Made by a program: the position numbers and the translations under genes. A stretch of 64,000 bases of DNA, from positions 6,602 through 70,601 of the forward strand of contig JAHFGV010000007.1 in the NCBI GenBank assembly GCA_023247255.1, in the 5' to 3' direction. The DNA comes from Candidatus Omnitrophota bacterium. Lineage in GTDB: Bacteria; Omnitrophota; Gorgyraeia; Aquiviventales; Aquiviventaceae. Shown here piece after piece: positions 18,931-28,660 of the stretch. Position 1 is the stretch's first letter, and every line of letters starts with the position of its first letter. The notes beneath the pieces were generated by a model. That model saw only the letters and a list, made by a program, of their open reading frames with translations. It ran no database searches and had not been told where the DNA came from.

Positions 18931-20005
18931 ATTGAAAACCCTCAGCAGATGTATCGTGGAAACAGATATCCGGGAGATCGCAAACCGACTGGGCGATGAC
19001 GTCCAGTTGTTTGCTGACCAGGCTATCTTGGTGTGTGGTGGAGCCGGATTTCTTGGACGTTATTTCACCGCTTTATTTACTTATCTCAACGACGAGGTAT
19101 TGACTCAGCCTTGTCGTATCATTGTCTGTGACAATCAGGTAACCTCTGAGGCACAAGGTTTCAACAGCCCCCGACCCGATGGGTTTCAATTCCTCCCCCG
19201 AGACATCATTCATCCCTTCACGATAGATGAACCGGTCGATTACATCATCCAGGCAGCCGGCATCGCCAGTCCCCACTACTATCGAAAATATCCTTTGGAA
19301 ACGTTGGAAGTGGCTACCCTGGGCACCAAACATGCCTTACTGCTTGGCTCAAGGCTTGCCTTGAAGGGATTTCTTTTCTTCAGCTCAAGCGAAATCTACG
19401 GAGATCCAGATCCACAACACGTTCCCACCTGTGAATCTTATCGGGGGAATGTCTCCTGTCACGGCCCCAGGGCTTGTTATGATGAGTCCAAGCGTCTGGG
19501 GGAAACCCTCTGTATCATCTTCCATGAACGTTATGGGGTACCCGCCAAAATCGTGCGGCCGTTTAATGTGTATGGTCCAGGGATGCCGGAGAATGATTAC
19601 CGCGTGTTGTCGAATTTCGCCAGCAGCATCATCGGGGGACGTCCCCTGCATGTGTATGGAACCGGACGGCAGACGCGGACATTTTGTTACGTCACAGACG
19701 CGCTGGTGGGTTTCATCAGGACACTGCTTCATGGAAAGCCGGCTCAGGCATACAACATCGGAAGCCCATCCCCTGAAGTCTCTATGCTCCAGTTGGCGCA
19801 AGAGCTTGAAACGCTCACCGGCCGTCGGTTGGATATAAAATTGAGGGAATACCCAGACTCTTATCCTGCGGATGAGCCGCAGAGACGATGCCCCGATATC
19901 GGCAAGGCCCGGCTGCACTTCAACTATCAACCGCAAGTCAACCTTCAGGAAGGCCTAAAACGATTTATGGATTGGGCAGCGACTTGTTACACGGGCTCGC
20001 CCTAG
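18881..20005 (+). CDS. SDR-family NDP-sugar dehydratase/decarboxylase (UDP-glucuronate decarboxylase UXS/ArnA-C-like)
   Basis: VCGGAGFLGRYF, SSSEIYGDP and GPRACYDESKRLGETLC (cf. UXS GPRACYDEGKRVAET). The start is uncertain: ATG 18881 overlaps the upstream gene by 50 nt, and GTG 18956 is an alternative. Confidence 0.7.
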   Translation: MMGGVSSFRFPTSRFTELKTLSRCIVETDIREIANRLGDDVQLFADQAILVCGGAGFLGRYFTALFTYLNDEVLTQPCRIIVCDNQVTSEAQGFNSPRPDGFQFLPRDIIHPFTIDEPVDYIIQAAGIASPHYYRKYPLETLEVATLGTKHALLLGSRLALKGFLFFSSSEIYGDPDPQHVPTCESYRGNVSCHGPRACYDESKRLGETLCIIFHERYGVPAKIVRPFNVYGPGMPENDYRVLSNFASSIIGGRPLHVYGTGRQTRTFCYVTDALVGFIRTLLHGKPAQAYNIGSPSPEVSMLQLAQELETLTGRRLDIKLREYPDSYPADEPQRRCPDIGKARLHFNYQPQVNLQEGLKRFMDWAATCYTGSP

Positions 20006-20098
20006 TGTTGCGTCATGTTTCATGTGTCATGAAAGGTTTTCCACGGCTGCTGTCGTTCCATAACACATGACACATCAACCCTGACACAGTACTGGCAG

Positions 20099-20240
20099 GA
20101 TGCTGAAAAACCCATTTTGGCTCAGGGTTCTGGGTTCGGGGCTCAGGGCCGTGCGTGTGATCAGCATCAATGATTTGTATTCTTGCCCACAGCCCAGAAC
20201 CCTGAGCCCTGAGCAAACAGGAGTTTTTCCGCAGCCTGCC
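20099..20240. repeat. repeat family ATGCTGAAAAACCCATTTTGG...TGAGCAAACAGG..TTTTCCGCAGCCTGC, copy 1 (with internal CAGGGTTCTGGG...CCCAGAACCCTG palindrome)
   Basis: Shares both ends with the copy at 42345-42500. It is preceded at 20010-20096 by a fragment of the catgacac MITE (GTCATGTTTCATGTGTCATGAAAG). Confidence 0.5.
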
Positions 20241-20265
20241 AGCGTTCGCTTCACGCCAGCCACCT

Positions 20266-21267
20266 ATGGTTAGCGACCCTGTACGTATCGGCTTAATCGG
20301 TGTTGGACGATGGGGCAAAGTGTACCTGCGTACTTTGCTCTCGATGGAATCCCGCTGCCGAGTGACGCATCTGGGAACCAGTCAACCTGCCCATGCGGGT
20401 TTGATCCCGTATCCCGTTGTGGTTACGGCCGACTGGGAACAACTGATTTCTTCTGAGTGTGACGCAGTCATCATTGCCACGCCTGCGCACACCCATGCGG
20501 CAATCGTTGAGGCGTGCGTAACGGCAGACAAGCCCTGTATGGTCGAGAAACCCTTTTGCACGGATGTCGGCACCGCCGAACACCTCAACCAGAGAATCCA
20601 AAAAACAGGCATCCCGATTTTGGTGAATCACACCCATCTGTTTGACCCAGCCTACCCAATCTTGAGACAGACGATCGCAACAGCGGGTGAGCCTATTCGC
20701 TTGATCATCTCTGAAGGAATGAACCTTGGGCCATTCAGAAAACAAATCTCCGCGCTCTGGGATTGGTGTCCGCACGATTTCAGCTTGTGTCTGGATTTGT
20801 TGCAAGAGTTCCCGGATCGAATCGGTGCGCTTTCTGGTCCGCAAAGTCCCGATGGATTGTCCGAACAGGTCGCTATCCGTCTTGACTTTCCAAGCGGTGC
20901 CTGTGCCTGGATCCACGCAGGAGGCCTGTCACCGTACAAGCGCAGGGGTTTGAGCGTATTCACAGACACCCATCTCTATGAATGGAATGTAACGGCCAAA
21001 TCGTTGACTCTAGCCCGTTTTGATTTTTCCCATCGGTATGCCGAAAAAACAGACGTTTTTCCCGATTCTTTGCAACGTTCTGAACTGTCTTTCCCGCAGG
21101 ATTCCACACCCATGGCTGAGGCGATCGCTTACTTCTTGAATGGCATCCGGGGTGGGGACCAGCGTTATTTCGGCACCCAACTGGCGGTGGAAGTCACTCA
21201 TCTACTGGCGGCTTGTGACGAAATCTTTCAGACCAGAAGCCTACGGATGCCATGCATAAAGTCGTGA
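20266..21267 (+). CDS. Gfo/Idh/MocA family NAD(P)-dependent oxidoreductase
   Basis: IGLIGVGRWGKVYL, the AVIIATPAHTHA consensus and EKPF. Confidence 0.75.
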   Translation: MVSDPVRIGLIGVGRWGKVYLRTLLSMESRCRVTHLGTSQPAHAGLIPYPVVVTADWEQLISSECDAVIIATPAHTHAAIVEACVTADKPCMVEKPFCTDVGTAEHLNQRIQKTGIPILVNHTHLFDPAYPILRQTIATAGEPIRLIISEGMNLGPFRKQISALWDWCPHDFSLCLDLLQEFPDRIGALSGPQSPDGLSEQVAIRLDFPSGACAWIHAGGLSPYKRRGLSVFTDTHLYEWNVTAKSLTLARFDFSHRYAEKTDVFPDSLQRSELSFPQDSTPMAEAIAYFLNGIRGGDQRYFGTQLAVEVTHLLAACDEIFQTRSLRMPCIKS

Positions 21268-22088
21268 GAAAATTTCTTCGCGTGGTCGCCGATCACGATC
21301 CGGATTATTACGATATGCATGAGGATCCTAACGAAGCCTTCTTCGCCCAGCTCTATGTGGAACGTATCCTCCAGCATATTAAGACCGCGGGCATTCGCCA
21401 GCCAGCGACGGTGTTAGAAGCCGGATGCCAAACGGGCCGCTTGGTAATCCCCTTGGCTAAAGAGGGCTTTGACGTAACGGGCATTGACACCTCCGGATTC
21501 GCCTTGCGAAGGGCACAGAGGCATCTCAAAAAACTCGGCCTTCGCGCTCATTTTATCCAAGGGGATCTGATAGAAATCTTGAGAAAACATCCTCAGTGGC
21601 AGTATGATGTAGTGGTGTGTGCCGAAGTGGTTTATCTTTCGCGTGCCTATCGAACGATGTTGCGACTCTTAGCCAAGGCTGTCCGAGCCGGGGGCATTCT
21701 GTGCGTTTCCCATCGACCGGCCTGCTACTACCTTCTCGAAGCCATCCGACAGCAGGATATGGAGACTGCCGCGCAGGTCCTGCAGCGTCAAGAAGGATCC
21801 TTCCGCGATTCCTCCTATTTCAACTGGCAGACAATCCAAGAACTGAGACAGCTTTACCAAGGCTCTGGCTTGAAATGGATTGCCAGCTACCCGATTGATC
21901 GTTTTGCCTGGTTGACGGGTGTTCACCCCGCCCAATTGACTCCGTCCCAGCAGAAGGATTGGTTACAACTCGAACTGCAAGTCGCTGAGGAAACGGTACC
22001 GTACGGACGCTACATTCTCGTCATCGCATCGCCAGAGGGCAACGAAAGGGAAAAGTCCCATGCCTTTGTGTCAAGAAACAGCGCCTAG
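21252..22088 (+). CDS. class I SAM-dependent methyltransferase
   Basis: VLEAGCQTGRLVIPLAKEGFDVTGID (motif I / post-I). Confidence 0.7.
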   Translation: MHKVVRKFLRVVADHDPDYYDMHEDPNEAFFAQLYVERILQHIKTAGIRQPATVLEAGCQTGRLVIPLAKEGFDVTGIDTSGFALRRAQRHLKKLGLRAHFIQGDLIEILRKHPQWQYDVVVCAEVVYLSRAYRTMLRLLAKAVRAGGILCVSHRPACYYLLEAIRQQDMETAAQVLQRQEGSFRDSSYFNWQTIQELRQLYQGSGLKWIASYPIDRFAWLTGVHPAQLTPSQQKDWLQLELQVAEETVPYGRYILVIASPEGNEREKSHAFVSRNSA

Positions 22089-22116
22089 TGTGAGAAAGTG
22101 GAATTTCGGTGCGTTC

Positions 22117-22818
22117 ATGCGGTTTTACCCACCCATTCTGGGATACCATCGCATTGGAGCCTACCGGGGGGATCACGTTCCGACGGTTTCCACTGGCGCC
22201 TTTGAACGGCAGTTGACTTTTCTGTCCCGTTATCGCTACCGTGTGTGCAGCCTTGATGAAATCATACAGACCATCGATACCTTCGGTGATATTTCCCTCC
22301 GCAGCGTCGCACTTACTTTCGACGATGGTTATGAAGAAATCTATCACAATGCCTGGCCGCTTCTCAAACGCTTTGGATTTTCAGCGACTCTATTCGTCAC
22401 TCCCGGGGAAGTAGGACTGCCAGGGTTTGCCACATGGCAGCAAATCCAACAGATGGCTAATCAAGGGATGAGCATCGGCAATCACACCATGCATCACAGC
22501 TATCTTCCTTTGATTCAAGAAGAACAATTACATGAGGAGCTGATAGACTCAAAACTCTTGATCGAGCAACAGATCGGCCGTACGGTGCAGTTCCTCAGCT
22601 ATCCGGTCGGCGGCTTCAGTGCACAGATTAAAAATAGGGTCCGGGACGCCGGTTACGAGGCGGCTTTTACCACCAATCGAGCATTTTGTGGGAAAATGCT
22701 GGACCGTTTTGCGGTGCGTCGCGTGAAGATCACCGAACGCGATCGTTTTCCTGCGTTATTCTGGGTCAAGTTGTCCGGCTACTACGATTTCTTCCGACGC
22801 CTGAAAGCTCCATCCTGA
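22117..22818 (+). CDS. polysaccharide deacetylase (NodB-homology domain)
   Basis: LTFDDGY, the His-His region MSIGNHTMHH and LSYPVGG. Start could be ATG 22060 (overlapping the upstream gene) or ATG 22117. Confidence 0.7.
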   Translation: MRFYPPILGYHRIGAYRGDHVPTVSTGAFERQLTFLSRYRYRVCSLDEIIQTIDTFGDISLRSVALTFDDGYEEIYHNAWPLLKRFGFSATLFVTPGEVGLPGFATWQQIQQMANQGMSIGNHTMHHSYLPLIQEEQLHEELIDSKLLIEQQIGRTVQFLSYPVGGFSAQIKNRVRDAGYEAAFTTNRAFCGKMLDRFAVRRVKITERDRFPALFWVKLSGYYDFFRRLKAPS

Positions 22819-22855
22819 TTTCTATTTTCTGCGAGTTTGCTTCCCGTCGTGTGTG

Positions 22856-23045
22856 AAGCCCCACGGGATGAACCTGTGGCATTGGCAAGTCCACCCCTCT
22901 CAGGAATCATGAAACCGCCTGGGAATTTTCGATTGTCGATTTTAGATTTTCGATTGGAAGCCCGCCGTTCAATCGAAAATCGACAATCGTCAATCGACAA
23001 TTCCACAGGATGAGCCTGTGGCATCGGCAATCCATCATAACAAAG
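22856..23045. repeat. composite intergenic repeat: two direct copies of the CCAC(G/A)GGATGA(A/G)CCTGTGGCAT hairpin flanking an inverted pair of CGATTG-rich arms
   Basis: GAATTTTCGATTGTCGATTTTAGATTTTCGATTGG ... CCAATCGAAAATCGACAATCGTCAATCGACAATTCC; followed by further hairpins (GTCCGTAGT...ACTACGGTC). Confidence 0.5.
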
Positions 23046-23138
23046 TGGTCGAACCACTATGGCAAACGCAATAAGTGATCAGACATTGCAGATAGTCCGT
23101 AGTTTACTACCGTCTGCGGACTACGGTCTACGTACTAA

Positions 23139-24365
23139 ATGGGTTTTGTCCCAACATTTTCTGCGTCTGTATTAGCCCCGGTGGAATTCAGGAGGACAAT
23201 AGACATCCGCATTCTGGTTACTTACGTTACCGCTGGCTCTGGCCATCGTCGAGCGGCTGAGGCAATCGCAGAGCAAATCCAATCCAGCATCCCTGGGGTC
23301 GAAATCCAATGCACCGACATGCTAGAGGAAGTTTCTTCATGGCTGAGGCAGGGCTACCCCCTGGCATATCAGTGGTTGGTGCAACGACTGACCCAACTCT
23401 GGGCCTTAGGATACGCCTTGCTCGATCATCCGATAGTCTATACAATCGCTTATCCTCTCAGACGTCGATGGAACCTGTGGGTATCCCGTCCATTCATCCA
23501 ACGGTTGCAACAGTATCTGCCGGATATGGTCATTGCCACGCATTTTTTCCCAGCAGATGTGGTTGCTTCATGTAAAAACCGCGGCTGGTTCCGGGGCTCG
23601 CTGGTCATCATTGTCACCGATCGCCATCCCCACCGCATATGGCTGAGCCCTGCGGCAGATTCGATCGTCCTCGACACCGAGGATGCCCTTAAGACGTGCG
23701 AAGAGCGGGGGATCTGCTCGACACGGCTTTTTGCATTGGGGATTCCGATGTCAGCCACTTTTGCGGCTTGCCTCAGCCACCGTCAGCAAATGCAGCGGCT
23801 TTTCCAACTCGATCCCAAGCGTTTAACGGTATTAGTCACAGGTGGGGGAACAGCGATCGGGCCTTTTGAAAAAGTCGTCACCCATCTCATGAAAATGGAA
23901 CAGGCAAGACCCGGGCGGGTTCAACTTTTGGTCGTCTGTGGCACCTCTGAGAAATTGCACCGGCGCATTCAGAGGCTTGCTGGGAAATGCCCGATGCCTG
24001 TTCGGGTCTTTGGGTTTATTGATACGATGCCTCAAGCAATGGCTGCCAGCGATCTTCTTGTGGCTAAGGCAGGGGGACTGACAGTTACTGAAGCCTTGGG
24101 CTGCGGCCTGCCCTTGATCTTCTACCATGTCATTCCCGGACAAGAACGTTCCAACGCAGAGTATGTCGTGCGCAATCACGCCGGTATGTGGGCAAGGAAT
24201 CCGAAACAGGTCTGTAGCTTCCTCGAACGTTGTTTAGAAGAACCCCAACGATTGACGGCTATGCGCCAGGCAGCCGGGAAATTGGGTCATCCCCATGCGG
24301 CAGAAGCGATTGTCTTGCAGGTGGTCAAACCCCTGTTGAGAAAAGATTCCTCTTATTCCTCTTGA
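23139..24365 (+). CDS. GT28 family glycosyltransferase (MGDG-synthase N-domain / MurG-like C-domain; UgtP-like)
   Basis: ILVTYVTAGSGHRRAAEAI (MGDG_synth N-terminal motif) and the C-terminal ...LLVAKAGGLTVTEALGCGLPLIFYHVIPGQE. Confidence 0.7.
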   Translation: MGFVPTFSASVLAPVEFRRTIDIRILVTYVTAGSGHRRAAEAIAEQIQSSIPGVEIQCTDMLEEVSSWLRQGYPLAYQWLVQRLTQLWALGYALLDHPIVYTIAYPLRRRWNLWVSRPFIQRLQQYLPDMVIATHFFPADVVASCKNRGWFRGSLVIIVTDRHPHRIWLSPAADSIVLDTEDALKTCEERGICSTRLFALGIPMSATFAACLSHRQQMQRLFQLDPKRLTVLVTGGGTAIGPFEKVVTHLMKMEQARPGRVQLLVVCGTSEKLHRRIQRLAGKCPMPVRVFGFIDTMPQAMAASDLLVAKAGGLTVTEALGCGLPLIFYHVIPGQERSNAEYVVRNHAGMWARNPKQVCSFLERCLEEPQRLTAMRQAAGKLGHPHAAEAIVLQVVKPLLRKDSSYSS

Positions 24366-24374
24366 CCGTCGTCG

Positions 24375-25085
24375 ATGAATCCAGAGCAACGCCGTTTATT
24401 ACGAGCCACCCGCCAACACGTCGAAGGGTTGCGAAGCCTGGGCGTCAGCGCCGTTGCTTCGGATGATGCCGACGCAAACGATTCTCCTCAAGCGGTGAAA
24501 GTCTCAATGACAAACAGGACAGATCGGTTAACGAGGCTGGTAAATGAAATCACGAAATGCCATCGGTGTCCCCTTTACCGCAGCCGAACCCATGCCGTCG
24601 TGGGTGATGGTAGCCTGAATGCGTCGTTGGTTTTCGTGGGAGAAGCCCCGGGAAGGGAAGAGGATCTTCAAGGCAAGCCTTTTGTAGGCGCAGCCGGACA
24701 GTTATTGACGAAAATGATCCAGGCCATGGGACTGCGACGTGAAGAAGTCTATATCTGCAACGTCCTGAAGGATCGTCCCCCGGCCAATCGGACCCCGCTG
24801 CCTGAAGAAATCGAAGCCTGTCTGCCATTTCTCTATGAGCAACTGGAGGTTATTCAGCCTCGCGTCATCTGTACCTTGGGTGCCGTTGCCACGAAGGCTT
24901 TACTAGGGCCGTCATCTTCTATCAGCCAACTCCGAGGACAGGTTCATACCTATCGCGGAATCTCTCTTGTCCCCACTTTTCATCCCGCCTTCCTGCTTCG
25001 CAATCCTCCTGCGAAAAAGCTTGCCTGGTCCGACCTAAAGAAAGTAAAGCAACTCCTTGAGGAAGGCCCACAAGACAAGGGGTAA
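24375..25085 (+). CDS. uracil-DNA glycosylase family 4
   Basis: CHRCPLY...VFVGEAPGREEDLQGKPFVGAAGQLL...HPAFLLRNP are the defining UDG family 4 motifs. Confidence 0.8.
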   Translation: MNPEQRRLLRATRQHVEGLRSLGVSAVASDDADANDSPQAVKVSMTNRTDRLTRLVNEITKCHRCPLYRSRTHAVVGDGSLNASLVFVGEAPGREEDLQGKPFVGAAGQLLTKMIQAMGLRREEVYICNVLKDRPPANRTPLPEEIEACLPFLYEQLEVIQPRVICTLGAVATKALLGPSSSISQLRGQVHTYRGISLVPTFHPAFLLRNPPAKKLAWSDLKKVKQLLEEGPQDKG

Positions 25086-25102
25086 GGGGCTGACAAACAG
25101 AT

Positions 25103-27241
25103 ATGCATCATCATGCTGCTGATACCCATCCCTCCCATCAACCAGCCACTGAGACATTAGATCCTATCGTGTCCCTCGCTCCTCGCCCATCCCCGATTGC
25201 GGAAATCGCATTCAACCTGCCCCTCGAACGGTCTTTTCACTACAGCGTACCTGCCCTGTTGGCATCGCGACTCAAACCAGGGATGCGGGTTTTGGCTCCG
25301 TTCGGCTCCCGTATCCGGATGGGCTATGTGTTGCGATGGGTGGAAGACAGCCCGCTCAAGACGTTGAAGGCCATTGAGCGTATCGTCGATCCTATAGCCG
25401 TGATCGCTGAGGAACGATGGGCCTTGGCGTCTTGGCTTTCCGAATACTACTGTTGCAGCCTCGGTGAGGCACTGGCCGCCTTGGTACCAGCCCCTTTGCG
25501 ACTGACAGAACGATCGCTCAATCCCATCGATGTAAAACCGGCACAACCCCCGGTGGCATCTCCTTTTTCCCTGACACCGCATCAACAGCAAGCGATTAAA
25601 ATTATCATCGATGCGCTCAAGCCATTGAGAGCTCGTCCTTTTCAAGAACCAGTGCCAGGACTTGATTGGAATAGACAAGCGATCAACTTCAAGGACGTTC
25701 GTGTGGTTCTCTTGCACGGGGTGACTGGATCGGGGAAAACGGAGCTTTATCTACAAGCCATCACCCATGTTTTGGATCAAAAACGCTCGACTATCTGCCT
25801 GGTTCCTGAAATCGCGCTGACTCCTCAAACCGTTGACCGGTTCCGAGAGCGGTTTGGGAGTGAGATCGCCGTGTGGCACAGCCGATTAACTCAGCGTCAA
25901 CGGACCCTTGAATGGCGACGCATGGTAACGGGAGAGTGTCGTATTGTGATCGGGGCGCGATCCGCAATCTTTGCACCGGTAACTCGATTAGGGCTGATCC
26001 TCTTGGATGAGGAACATGAGCGCAGCTACAAGCAGGAGGATACCCCCCGTTATCACACCCGTGATGTCGCCCTGGCCAGGGCGTGGCTGACCCAGGCGAC
26101 AGTTCTTTTGGGCAGTGCCACGCCGTCTATCGAGAGCGCCTATCACGCCAAGCAAGGCAGCTATAAGCTCGCCTCGCTTCCCGATCGAGTTGCCAAACGC
26201 CCGTTACCCCGCATCGAACTCATCGATATGCGCGAAGAGCTGACACGGCGACACCGAGCAGGTCCGGTGTCGAATCGGTTGATCCAAACGATTCAGGACA
26301 CGATCCAGCGCAAAGGACAAGTCATGCTCTTGCTCAATCGTCGGGGCTTTGCGCGCAGCGCCCAATGCCAAACCTGCGGAATGGCTATGCGTTGCGCAAA
26401 ATGCTCCGTGCCACTGGTCTATCATGCCAGCCGGCAAGCTTTGGTCTGTCATTATTGCGGTTTTCAAGAGCCTCCACCGGAGTTGTGTCCTGCGTGTCAG
26501 AAAGGGTATCTCCGGTTTCGAGGTTCAGGCACAGAAGGAATCGAGTCACAACTGCATCGTCTGTTTCCCACAGCGGCCATTGCGCGTATGGACCGGGACA
26601 CGACTCGAGGCCGGGAAAGCCACCGTCAGCTCTATGAGGCACTGAAAACGCGACAGATCGGTCTTTTGATTGGCACTCAAATGATTGCCAAAGGATTCGA
26701 TCTACCCCACGTGACCCTGGTAGGCATTCTCTCTGCGGATACCGCTTTGAACATTCCTGATTTTCGATCTGGGGAGTTTACTTTTCACCTCTTGACGCAG
26801 ATGGCTGGTCGCTCAGGTCGTGGCGACGAACCAGGACTTGTCCTGATTCAAACCTTCTGCCCCACTCATTATGCCATTCAATCCGCCCTCCAGCATGATT
26901 ACGAACGTTTCTACGCCCAAGAAATCGAGATGCGTCAGCAGGTGGGGCTTCCCCCTTTTTCCTATTTGATTGAGCTCACATTCCATGGCTCTAACCGATT
27001 GCGGGTTCAGACGGCTGCAGAGGAATTGAGTAAGTGCCTGAGGCAGCCCTCGGTGCGGCGGCAGATGACCGTGTTAGGACCGGCCCCGCACCGCATTCCC
27101 AAGATTCGTGGGCAATATCAGGTGTGCGTGCTACTCAAAGGAAAATCAGTTCCATCGATGGTAAGCCTGCTGCGCCAGCAGCTACAATCCGGACGCAGAT
27201 TCCAGGGTGTACCGATCACGGTGGATGTGAATCCCCTCTAA
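25103..27241 (+). CDS. priA: primosomal protein N' (PriA helicase)
   Basis: Walker A GVTGSGKTE, DEEH box, Cys-rich zinc-binding region CQTCGMAMRCAKCSVPLVYH...CHYCGFQEPPPELCPAC and helicase C motifs. The start may instead be the in-frame GTG 25165. Confidence 0.85.
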   Translation: MHHHAADTHPSHQPATETLDPIVSLAPRPSPIAEIAFNLPLERSFHYSVPALLASRLKPGMRVLAPFGSRIRMGYVLRWVEDSPLKTLKAIERIVDPIAVIAEERWALASWLSEYYCCSLGEALAALVPAPLRLTERSLNPIDVKPAQPPVASPFSLTPHQQQAIKIIIDALKPLRARPFQEPVPGLDWNRQAINFKDVRVVLLHGVTGSGKTELYLQAITHVLDQKRSTICLVPEIALTPQTVDRFRERFGSEIAVWHSRLTQRQRTLEWRRMVTGECRIVIGARSAIFAPVTRLGLILLDEEHERSYKQEDTPRYHTRDVALARAWLTQATVLLGSATPSIESAYHAKQGSYKLASLPDRVAKRPLPRIELIDMREELTRRHRAGPVSNRLIQTIQDTIQRKGQVMLLLNRRGFARSAQCQTCGMAMRCAKCSVPLVYHASRQALVCHYCGFQEPPPELCPACQKGYLRFRGSGTEGIESQLHRLFPTAAIARMDRDTTRGRESHRQLYEALKTRQIGLLIGTQMIAKGFDLPHVTLVGILSADTALNIPDFRSGEFTFHLLTQMAGRSGRGDEPGLVLIQTFCPTHYAIQSALQHDYERFYAQEIEMRQQVGLPPFSYLIELTFHGSNRLRVQTAAEELSKCLRQPSVRRQMTVLGPAPHRIPKIRGQYQVCVLLKGKSVPSMVSLLRQQLQSGRRFQGVPITVDVNPL

Positions 27242-27349
27242 CAGGCTGCGGAGAAAGCCCCGCAGCGCTCAAGGCTGACGATGTGGGGCACGGGGCAGGG
27301 GATGCGGGGCGGGGGGGAAGATAAAAGATACTAGTTACTGTATCTGACT

Positions 27350-27949
27350 TTAGGTGGTGAAGCCTTTTTTGATAGTACCGAGGGCATCCAGGTTGCGGAG
27401 GTTCTGCTGGGCCTCAACATCCCCTGGATGCAACTGAAGGATGCGCTCCAAACACCGACGGGCCTTAGGATCATCCCCCTGTTTCATCGAAAGATTGGAC
27501 AATCTCCTGAGCGCTACGACGTGGTTCGGATCTATGGCAAGCAATTCCTCATAAGTCTGGATCGCGGAATCGATCAAGCCCTGACGATTCAGCACTGATG
27601 CCAGACGAAGTAACAAGATTCGCGAACGGGGAGTCAGGGTTAATAGCCATTCATAAAGATGGGTGGCTTGAGCCATGCGTCCTTGCAGTTCAAAAGCTCC
27701 GGCGAACCATTGGAGAAACCACGTCAGCCCCGCGCGTCCCAGATGTTCGAACAGGGAGGGTGGCTGTACACTGTATTGTTTCTGAATGGCCAGGCGCAGA
27801 TACCGACGGGCTTCTGTAGCCTGCGGGGCTTGCTTAACCACATAGGCGAGCAAGTCAACGGCATAATCGTAGCACCCTTGGCTGAAGGCTTGGATGCCTT
27901 TGTCAAAATAGGCCTGAAGACCAGCGGGCATTAGGAGTTGAGCCATCAC
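27350..27949 (-). CDS. TPR-repeat protein
   Basis: Repeated A..Y......P.......LG-type helices. Hairpins at 27245-27266 and 27328-27345 lie between it and the convergent priA. Confidence 0.55.
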   Translation of the reverse strand: MMAQLLMPAGLQAYFDKGIQAFSQGCYDYAVDLLAYVVKQAPQATEARRYLRLAIQKQYSVQPPSLFEHLGRAGLTWFLQWFAGAFELQGRMAQATHLYEWLLTLTPRSRILLLRLASVLNRQGLIDSAIQTYEELLAIDPNHVVALRRLSNLSMKQGDDPKARRCLERILQLHPGDVEAQQNLRNLDALGTIKKGFTT

Positions 27950-28093
27950 GGATCATTATCCTCGGCAAACAATCAGGCTGTCAAGGAGTTGCATTTTTCT
28001 CGCAGCCCGATAGAATAGCAGGACAATATCAATTCCGCGAAGCGCGGATTGATGGTTTGCTGGTTAGCACAGATGAGTGTTCAACGAGTCTGT

Positions 28094-28564
28094 ATGGGGT
28101 CCCATCCTATCTTGCGGCAGAAGGCTCAGCCGGTTGAAACATTTAGCCAGTCTCTACGTCGGTTAGCCAGGGATCTTTTAGACACTATGTATGCCAATCA
28201 AGGTGTTGGCATCGCAGCGCCTCAGGTGGGATATTCCCTTCAGATCTTCATTGCTAATCCCTCTCAAGAACGCGGTGAGGAACTGATAGTCATTAATCCT
28301 GTTTTGGAAAAAGCCATTGGCCGGACCTCAATTACCGAAGGCTGCCTCAGTATTCCGGGAATCTGGAAACCGATCAAACGCGCGAAACATATCTGCATGC
28401 GCGGACAGGATATTCGAGGAAAATCTTTTGTCATCGACGCGGAGGGACTTCTAGCCGTCGTACTCCAGCATGAATTTGACCACTTGCAGGGGCGGTTGTT
28501 TATCGACCGGCTCTCATGGCTACAACGACGGGCTCTGGCTAGTGCTCCATCCCGATTGGAATGA
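28094..28564 (+). CDS. def: peptide deformylase
   Basis: GVGIAAPQVG, EGCLSIPG and QHEFDHLQG motifs. I chose ATG 28094 over the upstream 28049. Confidence 0.85.
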   Translation: MGSHPILRQKAQPVETFSQSLRRLARDLLDTMYANQGVGIAAPQVGYSLQIFIANPSQERGEELIVINPVLEKAIGRTSITEGCLSIPGIWKPIKRAKHICMRGQDIRGKSFVIDAEGLLAVVLQHEFDHLQGRLFIDRLSWLQRRALASAPSRLE

Positions 28565-28660
28565 CGGGTCACCGATGCCAAAGCAGGCTATGAATGGCAG
28601 CGGACTATCCATCCGTTCGATGGAGACGGAGCACTAGACAGAAACACTCCCCAAAAGGGC

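Noticed and set aside
27242-27349. G7 homopolymer (GGCGGGGGGGAAG, ~27290) as a possible phase-variation tract
   Set aside because: It is intergenic between convergent priA and the TPR gene, flanked by terminator-like hairpins, and not inside or upstream of a glycosyltransferase reading frame.
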